This document shows, one piece after another, positions 31,623 through 39,839 of a DNA stretch of 64,000 nt. Source of the DNA: an uncultured Actinomycetota bacterium (GTDB lineage: Bacteria; Actinomycetota; Actinomycetes; JAFAQI01). Each line of letters opens with the position of its first letter. Positions within the stretch are counted from its first letter, which is position 1. The notes beneath the pieces are model-generated. The model made no database searches. It was not told the DNA's origin and was given only the letters and a program-made list of their open reading frames with translations. The stretch is from contig CAVYQE010000002.1 in the NCBI GenBank assembly GCA_963770565.1, positions 288,001 to 352,000 of the forward strand, given 5' to 3'. Both the position numbers and the translations under genes were made by a program.

Positions 31623-31645
31623 CCTCGCCGCAACGCCGGTTCCCC

Positions 31646-31746
31646 GTTTCAGCACACAACGAGACTGGCCGCCGTCCGCAGAATCGGAACCGCGGTCGCC
31701 AACCGCACAGGTGGCGGGGCGTTGTGGCGGCGTCGTGTGCTGAAAC
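31646..31746. repeat. MITE-like repeat, family B copy 1 (16-bp terminal inverted repeats)
   Basis: GTTTCAGCACACAACG ... CGTCGTGTGCTGAAAC; internal similarity to 38707-38806. Confidence 0.8.
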
Positions 31747-31759
31747 CGGCGTACATGAA

Positions 31760-31771
31760 AGAAGTCTCATT
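31760..31771 (+). promoter_or_regulatory. Shared motif AGAAGTCTCATT upstream of the NuoF-like gene
   Basis: 12/12 identical to the minus-strand copy at 38682-38693. Confidence 0.55.
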
Positions 31772-31820
31772 GCCGATACATCATGAGAGCGCGACCGAGC
31801 CCTCAGCCTGAAAGGGCAGG

Positions 31821-33170
31821 ATGCAGCCGACTCATGCGGGAGGTGCAGCGGTGGCTGGCACGTGCGCGCAGCCTGCGCTGGCTCCGGCAACCCGGTGGTC
31901 GGCCCCCGGCCGCGATCCGGCCGCCCTTCCCCGGCTGCTGCCGGTCGATCCGAGCACGCCGGTCTCGCTGGCCGGCCACCTTGCGAGCGTCGGCGCGCCG
32001 GCCGACCTTGCCGCAGCCGACCTGGTCGGCGCACTGACGGCGGCCGGATTGACCGGCCGCGGCGGAGCGGCCTTCCCGGTCGCGCGGAAGGTCAGCGCCG
32101 TACTCGCGCAGGCTCCGCGACCCGCGGTCGTCGTTGCGAACGCGGCCGAGGGGGAACCCGCCGCGTCGAAAGACAAGAGCCTGCTCGCGATGTCGCCACA
32201 CCTGGTGCTCGACGGACTCGTGACAGTGGCCCATGCGATCGGTGCGGTGCGCACGATCGTCTATCTCCACGCCAGCCCGCGGCTGGAAGCGCTGCTCCGC
32301 CACGCACTCGCCGAACGACGGGCGGCCCGGGTCGACCACCTGTCGATCGAGGTCGTCACGGCGCCCAGTCGCTTCATCGCCGGCGAGGAGTCGGCCGTGG
32401 TGACCGCGATCGACGGAGGTCGCGCGATCCCGCGGGTAAAGCCACCGAGGGTGTTCGAGCAAGGAGTCGGGAAGCTGCCGACCCTCGTGCACAACGTCGA
32501 GACCCTCGCCCAGGTCGGGCTGATCGCGCGGTACGGCCCGGACTGGTTCCGGGCGGTCGGCACGCCCGAAGAACCCGGCAGCATGCTGTTCAGCGTCGGC
32601 GGAGCGGTCCCGCAACCGCGGGTGCTCGAGGGTCCGATCGGCGTCCCGCTCGACCGGGTCCTGGCATCGGTCGGCGGCGCCACCCAACCGCTTCAGGCCA
32701 TCCTCGTCGGCGGCTATCACGGCGGCTGGATCGCGGCCTCGGAGATCGGCGCGCTACGACTCTGCAACGCCGAGCTCCGGCCCTTCGGGGTGGCGCTCGG
32801 TGCGGGTGTGATCGTCGCGCTCCCCGACGATGTGTGCGGCTTGGTCGAGACCACGCGGGTGCTGCGCTACCTGGCCGGCGAGTCGGCGGGCCAGTGCGGT
32901 CCGTGCCTGCACGGGCTGCCTCAACTGGCGGATCAGTTCGCCGCGATCGCCCGACCTCGGCGGTCGCGACGCGCCCGCCGCCAGGTCGAGGACACCGCTG
33001 CCCTGTTGCGCGGTCGTGGCGCGTGTGCCCACCCGGACGGAAGCCTGCGGTTCGCGCTCAGCGCGCTGAGCGCCTTCCGGGCCGAACTCGACGAGCACGC
33101 GCGCGGGCGGTGCACCGCGCGTTCGCGCCGGGCCGTCCTGCCGATTCCGGCGCACGCCACCTCGGACTGA
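31821..33170 (+). CDS. Stand-alone NuoF-like NADH-oxidising flavoprotein (FMN, 4Fe-4S)
   Basis: GLTGRGGAAFP, NAAEGEPAASKD, FIAGEES, HNVETL, ESAGQCGPC...CAHPDG. Confidence 0.88.
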   Translation: MQPTHAGGAAVAGTCAQPALAPATRWSAPGRDPAALPRLLPVDPSTPVSLAGHLASVGAPADLAAADLVGALTAAGLTGRGGAAFPVARKVSAVLAQAPRPAVVVANAAEGEPAASKDKSLLAMSPHLVLDGLVTVAHAIGAVRTIVYLHASPRLEALLRHALAERRAARVDHLSIEVVTAPSRFIAGEESAVVTAIDGGRAIPRVKPPRVFEQGVGKLPTLVHNVETLAQVGLIARYGPDWFRAVGTPEEPGSMLFSVGGAVPQPRVLEGPIGVPLDRVLASVGGATQPLQAILVGGYHGGWIAASEIGALRLCNAELRPFGVALGAGVIVALPDDVCGLVETTRVLRYLAGESAGQCGPCLHGLPQLADQFAAIARPRRSRRARRQVEDTAALLRGRGACAHPDGSLRFALSALSAFRAELDEHARGRCTARSRRAVLPIPAHATSD

Positions 33171-33192
33171 CGGTGTCCGAAATCGTTGCCGG

Positions 33193-33870
33193 CTATGGGT
33201 TCAGCAGGCGGTAGCCAGCGCCGCGCACGGTGTAGATTAGGGCCTCGACGCCCGGGGTGTTGAGCTTGCGGCGGAGGTACCCGACGTACACGTCGACGAT
33301 GTTGGTGCCCGGGTCCGCGTTGTAGTCCCAGACGCTGTTGAGGATGTGGGTGCGGGTGAAAACCCGGGTCGGTTGCCGCATGAACAGCTCGAGGAGCGCC
33401 CATTCGCGCGGTGCCAGGTCGATTCGGCGACCGCTGCGCCAAGCGACCTTCGACAGCAGGTCGAGGCGCAGGTCGGACACCGCAAGCTCGGTCGAGCTCG
33501 GCTGCTCCGCGGTTCGCTGGCAGGCCCTGATCCGGGCCAGCAGCTCCTCGAACGCGAACGGCTTGACGACGTAGTCGTTGGCGCCGGCGTCCAGCCCGCG
33601 CACCCGGTCGCCGACCTCCGATCGGGCGGTCAGGACGATCACCGGTACGCCGTCGCCGCGGCCGCGTAGCCCGCGGAGCAAGGTCTCGCCGTCGGTGTCG
33701 GGCAGTCCGAGGTCGAGCAGCAGCAGGTCCGGCTTCGCGGCCGTGGCCTTCAGTGCGTGCTCGGCGTCAGCCGCGGTGTGCACGACATCACACGCATAGC
33801 CCTCGCCCCGGAGACCCTTGGCCAGAAACGACGCGATCCGCTCGTCGTCCTCGACCACCAAGATGCGCAT
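33193..33870 (-). CDS. OmpR-family response regulator
   Basis: ILVVEDD, LLDLGLP, GANDYVVKPF, NIVDVYVGYLRRKL, TVRGAGY. Confidence 0.95.
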   Translation of the reverse strand: MRILVVEDDERIASFLAKGLRGEGYACDVVHTAADAEHALKATAAKPDLLLLDLGLPDTDGETLLRGLRGRGDGVPVIVLTARSEVGDRVRGLDAGANDYVVKPFAFEELLARIRACQRTAEQPSSTELAVSDLRLDLLSKVAWRSGRRIDLAPREWALLELFMRQPTRVFTRTHILNSVWDYNADPGTNIVDVYVGYLRRKLNTPGVEALIYTVRGAGYRLLNP

Positions 33871-35375
33871 CAGGTCCCGGCCCCGCTCGTGACGATCGTG
33901 GGCGGCAGCACAATCGCAATCCGGGCGCCGCCCAGGGTGGAGTCGGTGACCTCGAGGTGGCCGCCGTGACCTTCGGCCACCGCCTTCACGATCGCCAGCC
34001 CTAGACCGGAGCCCCTGGTGGCCCCGGCATCGGGACGGCTGAAGCGATCCAGCACCACGTGCCGGCGATTGGCCGGGATGCCGGGTCCGCTGTCAGACAC
34101 GACCAGCTCGACCCAGCCGTCGGCGCGCTGCCGCGCCGCCAGCGCGATCTGGTCCCCCGGGCCGGTTGCGTTCACCGCGTTGTCCAGCAGGTTGAGCAGC
34201 GCACCCCGCAGCTTGTCGAGACTTGCGTGCAAGGTCAGGTCGGGTACGTCGCCAAGCTGCCAGTCCCGGTCGGCGAGCACCTGCGCGGTGGCGAACAGAT
34301 CGATCACCATGCTGCGCAGGTCGATCGGCGCCGGCTCGACGAAGTCGGGTTCGAGGGCGCGGCCGAGCATGAGCAGGCGCTCGACCAGGGCGGTCATGTG
34401 GTCGATCTCGTCGACGACCACCGCGATCGTCTCGTGCACGTCCTGCGGGTCGGCGGTGCCGGTACGACCGAGTACCTCGAGGTGACCGCGGGCGACCGTG
34501 AGCGGCGTACGCAGTTGGTGCGACACATCGGCGAGCAGGCTGCGCTGGGTCGCCATCGCAGCCGCCACCCGGTCGGCCATCGAGTCGAAGGTGGCCGCCA
34601 GCTTGCCCACCTCGTCGTCGGTGCCCTGGTCGCCGAGCCGGCGGTCCATCTCCCCCTGACCAAGGCCGGCGGCGGTCTCGGTGATCCGGCCGATCCGGCG
34701 GAGCAGTCCCCGCAAGAGCAGGTAGCCCGCGAAGGCGCCGGCCAGCAACGCGATCAGCGCCTCGATGAGGGCAAGGTGCAACACCCGCGACTCGTTCTCG
34801 CGGACCTGGTCCTGGGCGGCGGCAACGATGAACGTCGCCTGCGCCTGACCGGCGTGCACGGGGACCGCCAGGACCTCGTACGTCGTAGCACCCACCCGCA
34901 TCGACCGCTCGACCGACCGGGCCAGCGGCGAACCGAGCATGGACTCAATCGCCGGCGAGGAAGCGAACGGCGCGGAGTTCGCACTGCCGAGCGCCGACTG
35001 CCCCGGGAAGCCGATCAGGATGACCTGACCGTCGGGAAGCGCGTGGGTGCGGAGGTAGCTGCGACTGAACGACCGAAGCCCGACCTGGGTGCCACGCGCA
35101 TCGGCTGCGCGCTGAAATCCGACCACCTCGGCCGTCAGCAGATGGGTGGTCGTGGAGTGCGACTGGCTGGCGAAGGTCCGGACCAGGCTGAGCACCACAG
35201 CCGACAAGATGATTGCGAGGACGCCGGCCTGCAACAGACCGAGCCGAGCCGCAGTGCCGAGCCGGCGGTTTCGCCGCGGGCGATCAGGGCGTGCGGGCAG
35301 CACCTGGCGGCTGGCCGGCTCGTCGGGGTGCGATCGATCCCCCACTCCCGGCTGGGCTGCCGTCGTGGTGGCCAT
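33870..35375 (-). CDS. HAMP sensor histidine kinase
   Basis: Two TM helices, HAMP, DVSHQLRTPLT H-box, NLLDNA, DSGPGI, GSGLGLAIV. Confidence 0.93.
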   Translation of the reverse strand: MATTTAAQPGVGDRSHPDEPASRQVLPARPDRPRRNRRLGTAARLGLLQAGVLAIILSAVVLSLVRTFASQSHSTTTHLLTAEVVGFQRAADARGTQVGLRSFSRSYLRTHALPDGQVILIGFPGQSALGSANSAPFASSPAIESMLGSPLARSVERSMRVGATTYEVLAVPVHAGQAQATFIVAAAQDQVRENESRVLHLALIEALIALLAGAFAGYLLLRGLLRRIGRITETAAGLGQGEMDRRLGDQGTDDEVGKLAATFDSMADRVAAAMATQRSLLADVSHQLRTPLTVARGHLEVLGRTGTADPQDVHETIAVVVDEIDHMTALVERLLMLGRALEPDFVEPAPIDLRSMVIDLFATAQVLADRDWQLGDVPDLTLHASLDKLRGALLNLLDNAVNATGPGDQIALAARQRADGWVELVVSDSGPGIPANRRHVVLDRFSRPDAGATRGSGLGLAIVKAVAEGHGGHLEVTDSTLGGARIAIVLPPTIVTSGAGT

Positions 35376-35377
35376 GG

Positions 35378-35791
35378 TCAATTATCGCCGCCGTGGCCGC
35401 CGCCTCCGTCGTCGTGCCCGTCGTCACTGCCGCCATGCCCGTCGTCACTGCCGCCGTCGCCGCCGCCGTAGTCACCGTGGTGGGTCGGCGTGGCCACGAC
35501 GACCGGCCGGCTCGGCGTGATCACCGTGACGGCCGTCGGCTCGGCAACCGGCGACTCGGTATCGGTCACCGTGACGGTCGGCGCCGGATGGGGATGTCGA
35601 TGGTGCCGAGGGGTCGCCGAGGACGCCGGACCGACCGCCGCCTCAGGGCGGACCGAGATCGCAAGCGGGATCGCCGATCGGTGCGTCCAGTGCGGGGCGG
35701 CGATGGCGACAAAGCCGAGCGTTGCCCCGATCGAGAGCGCAGCCGGGATCGACCACCAAGCTGCGCCGCGATCTCGCAGACCACGGGTCAC
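35378..35791 (-). CDS. Membrane-anchored Pro/Thr-rich protein with Gly-Asp-His tail
   Basis: TM helix, low-complexity linker, tail GGSDDGHGGSDDGHDDGGGGHGGDN; lies between the ferredoxin and kinase genes. Confidence 0.65.
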   Translation of the reverse strand: MTRGLRDRGAAWWSIPAALSIGATLGFVAIAAPHWTHRSAIPLAISVRPEAAVGPASSATPRHHRHPHPAPTVTVTDTESPVAEPTAVTVITPSRPVVVATPTHHGDYGGGDGGSDDGHGGSDDGHDDGGGGHGGDN

Positions 35792-35804
35792 GATGATCTC
35801 CCCC

Positions 35805-36029
35805 TCACCGATTCGCTGGGCGTTCGGCCGCCGACCGATCGATCAGCAGCGCGCGGCGCGGACAGGCCCGGGCAGCCCGAAGCGCCTTGCGGAGCACGGC
35901 GCCGGTGAGCGGCTCGGAGTCGGCGATCGCGAAGCCCCACGGGTCAAGTGTCACCCGTTCCGGCAAGACATGCGCGCAGATCCCGTGTCCTGCGCATCGC
36001 ACCATGTCCACCCGAATCGAGTCGGTCAT
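35805..36029 (-). CDS. Ferredoxin (3Fe-4S type)
   Basis: CAGHGIC...DPWGF...ACPRRAL (CxxHxxC...CP). Confidence 0.9.
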   Translation of the reverse strand: MTDSIRVDMVRCAGHGICAHVLPERVTLDPWGFAIADSEPLTGAVLRKALRAARACPRRALLIDRSAAERPANR

Positions 36030-36700
36030 CTGCGGCTGCCGCTGTAGTCGGGGCGGGCCACCATGCTCTCCGGCAGCACGGCGGCTCGCCGCGTGCAGGC
36101 CAGAACCGCCACCAGCAGGCCGCTCACGAGGTAGATCGGCAGGAGCACTCGCTCGTCACTTCCCGCCAGCACGCCGTGCAGCCACACGAGCGCAAACGCC
36201 ACCAGCGCGAGCCGGTGTACGGCGTACCAGGTCCGGCCGCCCACCCATCCGGCCAGCGCCGCAGTGAACCCGACCGCCAGCCCGACGTACAGGCTGATCG
36301 TGCCCAATGCGACGGCGAGCGGCCGGTAGCCGGATCGACCTGGGACGAACGCTCCCGACCACCCGACCCCCGCGAATCGATCGACGGACAGCGCAATCAC
36401 GTGTCCGGCGACGAGCAGCAAGACCATCGTCGCGAGCAACGAGTGGGCCCGGTGCGCACTCGCCGCACTCGGCCGTGGATGGTTGACCCGCCAGGGATGA
36501 CGCAGCCAAAGTCCCACCACGGTGAGCGCGGTCAGGGCGAGGTATGCGCCGACCCCGAACCCTCGGCCCAGGACCCACGGCAACATCCGGGCGGAGACGC
36601 GGCTGATCAGCGCCGCGGTGATCGCGTAGCCGACGGTCGCGGCGGCCGCGACCCACATCAGGTGCAGCGAGGAGTTCCGCTCGATGCTGGAAGTGCTCAC
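36026..36700 (-). CDS. Ferric-reductase-like / MsrQ-like heme b membrane protein (TM domain only)
   Basis: About 6 TM helices with His ligands (AHSLLA, GHVIA, WYAVHRLA, WLHGVLAGSD); AFVPGRSGYRPLAVALG. Confidence 0.82.
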   Translation of the reverse strand: MSTSSIERNSSLHLMWVAAAATVGYAITAALISRVSARMLPWVLGRGFGVGAYLALTALTVVGLWLRHPWRVNHPRPSAASAHRAHSLLATMVLLLVAGHVIALSVDRFAGVGWSGAFVPGRSGYRPLAVALGTISLYVGLAVGFTAALAGWVGGRTWYAVHRLALVAFALVWLHGVLAGSDERVLLPIYLVSGLLVAVLACTRRAAVLPESMVARPDYSGSRR

Positions 36701-37674
36701 ATCGCCCGCCACAGAACGAAGGGCTCGACCTCCGGGGTGAACCGGGCTTGCCCGCTCGACTCGACCCAGATCGCCGCGACGCGCCGGCGGCGGGCTTCCT
36801 CGGCAATCCGTTCAGCACCGGCAAGAAACAGCGTCTTGCTCCAGACCTCCGCGACTGCGGCATCGTCGGCGACCACTGTCACGGCGGCCAGCCCGCGGCC
36901 ACCCGGCAGGCCGGTCCCCGGGTCGATCAGGTGGTGGACCCGGGTCGAGCCGATCGCCCACGAGCACACCCTGACCGAAGACGTGGCGACCGCCAGGTCG
37001 GAGAGCGTGAGCACTGCGGCCGGCAGTGCGCCACCGGACGGATCCTCGACGGCGAGCCGCCACGGCCCGCCGTCCGGCGACGACCCGTCGCACCAGCAGT
37101 CACCGCCGGCCTCGATCAGGAAGCCGACCCCGAGGGGCATGAGCCGCCCGGCCGCGGCCCGCACCGCCAGACCCTTACCGATCCCGCCGAGATCGATGGG
37201 CGCCGGACCCAAGCGAACCTGACGGGTGGAGGGCCGAAACTCCGGCTCCCAAGCCGGCAGCTCCGTGCGCGGTTGCAGGACCTCTTCGGCACGGTGACTC
37301 ATGGCGCCGAATCGGCGCGACCGGTCATAGCCGAGGCGCACCAGGTCGTCGTGCACGCGCGGGTCGAAGCGGCCGTCGGTCGCGCGGTAGGCCTCGGCCG
37401 CGGCGGCGAGGGCGTCGAAGCAGACCGGCGTCACCTCGCACCAGGAACCACCCGCCGCGTTCGCCCGCATCAGTGAGCTGTCCGGGTTGAACCGCGTGCA
37501 GTGCCGATCGACGTCGTGGAAGACCTCGAGCGCGTCGGTCATCGCCTCGATCACGTCACCGTCGCGCTCACTGCCCGCCACCGCCTGGATGGTGATCTCG
37601 CTGCCCATTGCGTGGGTGCTTCGCACCACCGTCGAGGTGTCGCAGTAGTCCACCTCGCGGATGTCGTCAGCCAC
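36697..37674 (-). CDS. apbE: FAD:protein FMN transferase
   Basis: AMGS, TRFNPDSSL, TDGRFDP, IDLGGIGKG, EAGGD, AVATSS, HHLIDPGTG. Confidence 0.92.
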   Translation of the reverse strand: MADDIREVDYCDTSTVVRSTHAMGSEITIQAVAGSERDGDVIEAMTDALEVFHDVDRHCTRFNPDSSLMRANAAGGSWCEVTPVCFDALAAAAEAYRATDGRFDPRVHDDLVRLGYDRSRRFGAMSHRAEEVLQPRTELPAWEPEFRPSTRQVRLGPAPIDLGGIGKGLAVRAAAGRLMPLGVGFLIEAGGDCWCDGSSPDGGPWRLAVEDPSGGALPAAVLTLSDLAVATSSVRVCSWAIGSTRVHHLIDPGTGLPGGRGLAAVTVVADDAAVAEVWSKTLFLAGAERIAEEARRRRVAAIWVESSGQARFTPEVEPFVLWRAM

Positions 37675-38107
37675 CGCTTCCGCCGGTCGAGGACTGGGTC
37701 GGCGGTGGTGGCGGGGGCGCAGGTGCCGGTGCGGGCGGCTGGGTCGCCGGCGGCGCCCCGGAGCCCGACGTCGTGCCTCCTCCCGAGCCCTGCGACTGGA
37801 CCGGTGTTCGGTAAGCGAACGAGCCGCTGGTCGCAGCCGCATGCGGGAGGTGCGCCGACCGCCGGGCCACTTGTTTGAGGTCGCGACGGACCCGGGCAAG
37901 TCGCGCCTCGACGGCGAGCATCTCCCGCTCGGCGCGGGCATCCTGCGCGCTGTGCTGCGGCAGGGCCGCGACGGCCGGTACCGGGCGCGCCGGCAAGGTG
38001 GCGGCCGCCCAGGCGAGCGCGCCGGAGGTGACCGCCGAGGTCACGCCGACCACGACGACACTCACGCCGGCTGCCCGCCGAGCGCGGGCCTGGCGACTGT
38101 CAGTCAT
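37667..38107 (-). CDS. Exported coiled-coil/Pro-rich protein ending TQSSTGGSGG (candidate ApbE substrate)
   Basis: Arg-rich N-terminus plus hydrophobic helix, helical segment, poly-Pro, TGGS terminus; 8-bp overlaps with both neighbours. Confidence 0.7.
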   Translation of the reverse strand: MTDSRQARARRAAGVSVVVVGVTSAVTSGALAWAAATLPARPVPAVAALPQHSAQDARAEREMLAVEARLARVRRDLKQVARRSAHLPHAAATSGSFAYRTPVQSQGSGGGTTSGSGAPPATQPPAPAPAPPPPPPTQSSTGGSGG

Positions 38108-38606
38108 CGCCACCGCCGTCGCCACCCCCGCCGTCGTCTCCACCGCCACCATGACCGTCATCTCCCCCGCCACCCTGACCCGACCCGCCGCTGGCGCCGG
38201 TGCTGCCGTGCGTCGACGGAGTCGGCGACGGAGCGACCGAATGGGTCGGGGTGGGCGCGGGGCGAGACGTCGGCGGAGCCGATGGCGCGCTCGCGGGTGG
38301 TGCCGCCTGCCGTGACTCTGCAAGCCGCTGTCGTGCCATCGCCTCGTTCTCGGCGTGTACCCGAGCGGCGAGGTTGTGCCGGGCCTTTCGCAGCGCGTCC
38401 TGCAGCCCCTGGTCCTGGCCGAGCAGGTGATTGAGCTGGCGCTGCAGCTCGGTCGTCTGTACGTCGGCCACCGGCCGCGAGGAAGCGGAGCCAGGTTTGG
38501 CGCTGGTCGCACTGGGGCCCTCGGCCTGCGTGAGCGCGAAGCCACCACCGGCGGTAACCGCACCGATCAGAGCGAGCGACAACAGGTTTCTACGTCGTGC
38601 GTCCAT
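38100..38606 (-). CDS. Exported coiled-coil/Pro-rich protein with THGSTGAS motif and GGDD tail (candidate ApbE substrate)
   Basis: Tat-like ARRRNLL signal, heptad region, Pro-rich linker, TGAS, GGGGDDGHGGGGDD tail. Confidence 0.7.
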   Translation of the reverse strand: MDARRRNLLSLALIGAVTAGGGFALTQAEGPSATSAKPGSASSRPVADVQTTELQRQLNHLLGQDQGLQDALRKARHNLAARVHAENEAMARQRLAESRQAAPPASAPSAPPTSRPAPTPTHSVAPSPTPSTHGSTGASGGSGQGGGGDDGHGGGGDDGGGGDGGGDD

Positions 38607-38681
38607 CAAGGGCCTCCGGCAGATCGGTACCAACGTCGGTTCCAGTCTCGGAATCCGACCTGGCCCACTCGATGAGCAGCG

Positions 38682-38693
38682 AATGAGACTTCT
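38682..38693 (-). promoter_or_regulatory. Shared motif AGAAGTCTCATT upstream of the apbE operon
   Basis: Identical to 31760-31771; followed by GCTCAT at an 11-bp period. Confidence 0.55.
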
Positions 38694-38706
38694 CTTAGCC
38701 CGCCCC

Positions 38707-38806
38707 GTTTCAGCACACAACGCTCGTCGCCACCTCCAGGGAATCGGACCCGAGGTCGAAAACGGCGCGACTGGCGAGGCGTCGGGGCGGCGTTGTGTGC
38801 TGGAAC
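38707..38806. repeat. MITE-like repeat, family B copy 2
   Basis: GTTTCAGCACACAACG ... CGTTGTGTGCTGGAAC. Confidence 0.8.
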
Positions 38807-38858
38807 TGGAGAGCGGGGCGCGAGGGCTTAGTCGATCGAGAGCGGCCCGGTCACCCGC

Positions 38859-39821
38859 TCAATCTGCACCGGCCGGCCAGTATCGATCGCCCACCGCCAC
38901 GAGGGCGGCCGCACCGATCACACCCGCATTGACCCCGAGGCCTGCCTCGATGATCTGACAGCCGGCCGCGAACGACATCCGCACGTGGTGGGCGAAGGCG
39001 ACCCGGGCCGGGCCGAGCAGCAACTCACCAGCGGCGGACAGCCCGCCGCCGACCGCGACGACGTCGAGCTCGAGCAGGTGCGTGGCCGACCCGATCGCGA
39101 TCCCCAATGCGGTGCCGGCTCGCTCGAAGGCCGCCGCACCCACCGGATCCCCTGCTTGCGCGCCGGCCAGGAGCGCGCGGCCGTCCGCCGGCACACCGCC
39201 CGCCGGTTTCCAGCCCTGGTCGACCGCCCACTGCACGAGGGCGGGCCCCCGGGCGATCGCCTCGAGACAGCCGCGGCCGCCGCAGCCGCACGGTGGGCCG
39301 CCGGGCTCGACCACCACGTGACCGATGTGGCCCGCATTGCCGGTGACCCCCGCGACCACCCGCCCGTCGAGCACGAGGCCGCCACCGACCCCGGTCGAGA
39401 CGACGATCCCGAGCAGGCCGTGCGCGCCGCGGCCGGCCCCGCGCCAGTGCTCCCCGATCGTCATCGCGATGGCGTCGTTGGCCACCCTGACCTCGGTATC
39501 CGGGAACCTGGCGCAGAGCCGGTCGCGCAACGGGAAGTCCCGCCAGGCCGGGAGATTCAACGGCGAGACCACACCGGCCGGCCATTGCATCGGGCCACCA
39601 CAACCGACCCCGACGCCGATCGGTGACCGGCCTGCGCAGACGTCATCGATCAGTGCGAGCAGCGTGTCCCATAGTGCGTCGCCCTGACCGGCCGTGCTCG
39701 GCGCGGTCGGCACCTGCTGCCGGCGGAGCAGGGTGCCCTCAGGACTGACCTGCGCCGCGGCGAGCTTGGTGCCGCCGACGTCAATCGCAAGAAAGAAGTC
39801 AGCGTCTGCCGGCGTCACCAC
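38859..39821 (-). CDS. ROK-family sugar kinase
   Basis: AIDVGGTK, ANDAIA, STGVGGG, GHIGH, CGCGGRGCLE. Confidence 0.92.
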   Translation of the reverse strand: MVTPADADFFLAIDVGGTKLAAAQVSPEGTLLRRQQVPTAPSTAGQGDALWDTLLALIDDVCAGRSPIGVGVGCGGPMQWPAGVVSPLNLPAWRDFPLRDRLCARFPDTEVRVANDAIAMTIGEHWRGAGRGAHGLLGIVVSTGVGGGLVLDGRVVAGVTGNAGHIGHVVVEPGGPPCGCGGRGCLEAIARGPALVQWAVDQGWKPAGGVPADGRALLAGAQAGDPVGAAAFERAGTALGIAIGSATHLLELDVVAVGGGLSAAGELLLGPARVAFAHHVRMSFAAGCQIIEAGLGVNAGVIGAAALVAVGDRYWPAGAD

Positions 39822-39839
39822 GGAAGTCTCAAACCGCCA

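Noticed and set aside
31821-33170. Calling this gene nuoF of respiratory complex I
   Set aside because: No other nuo genes nearby; the context (apbE, ferredoxin, reductase) indicates a stand-alone paralogue.
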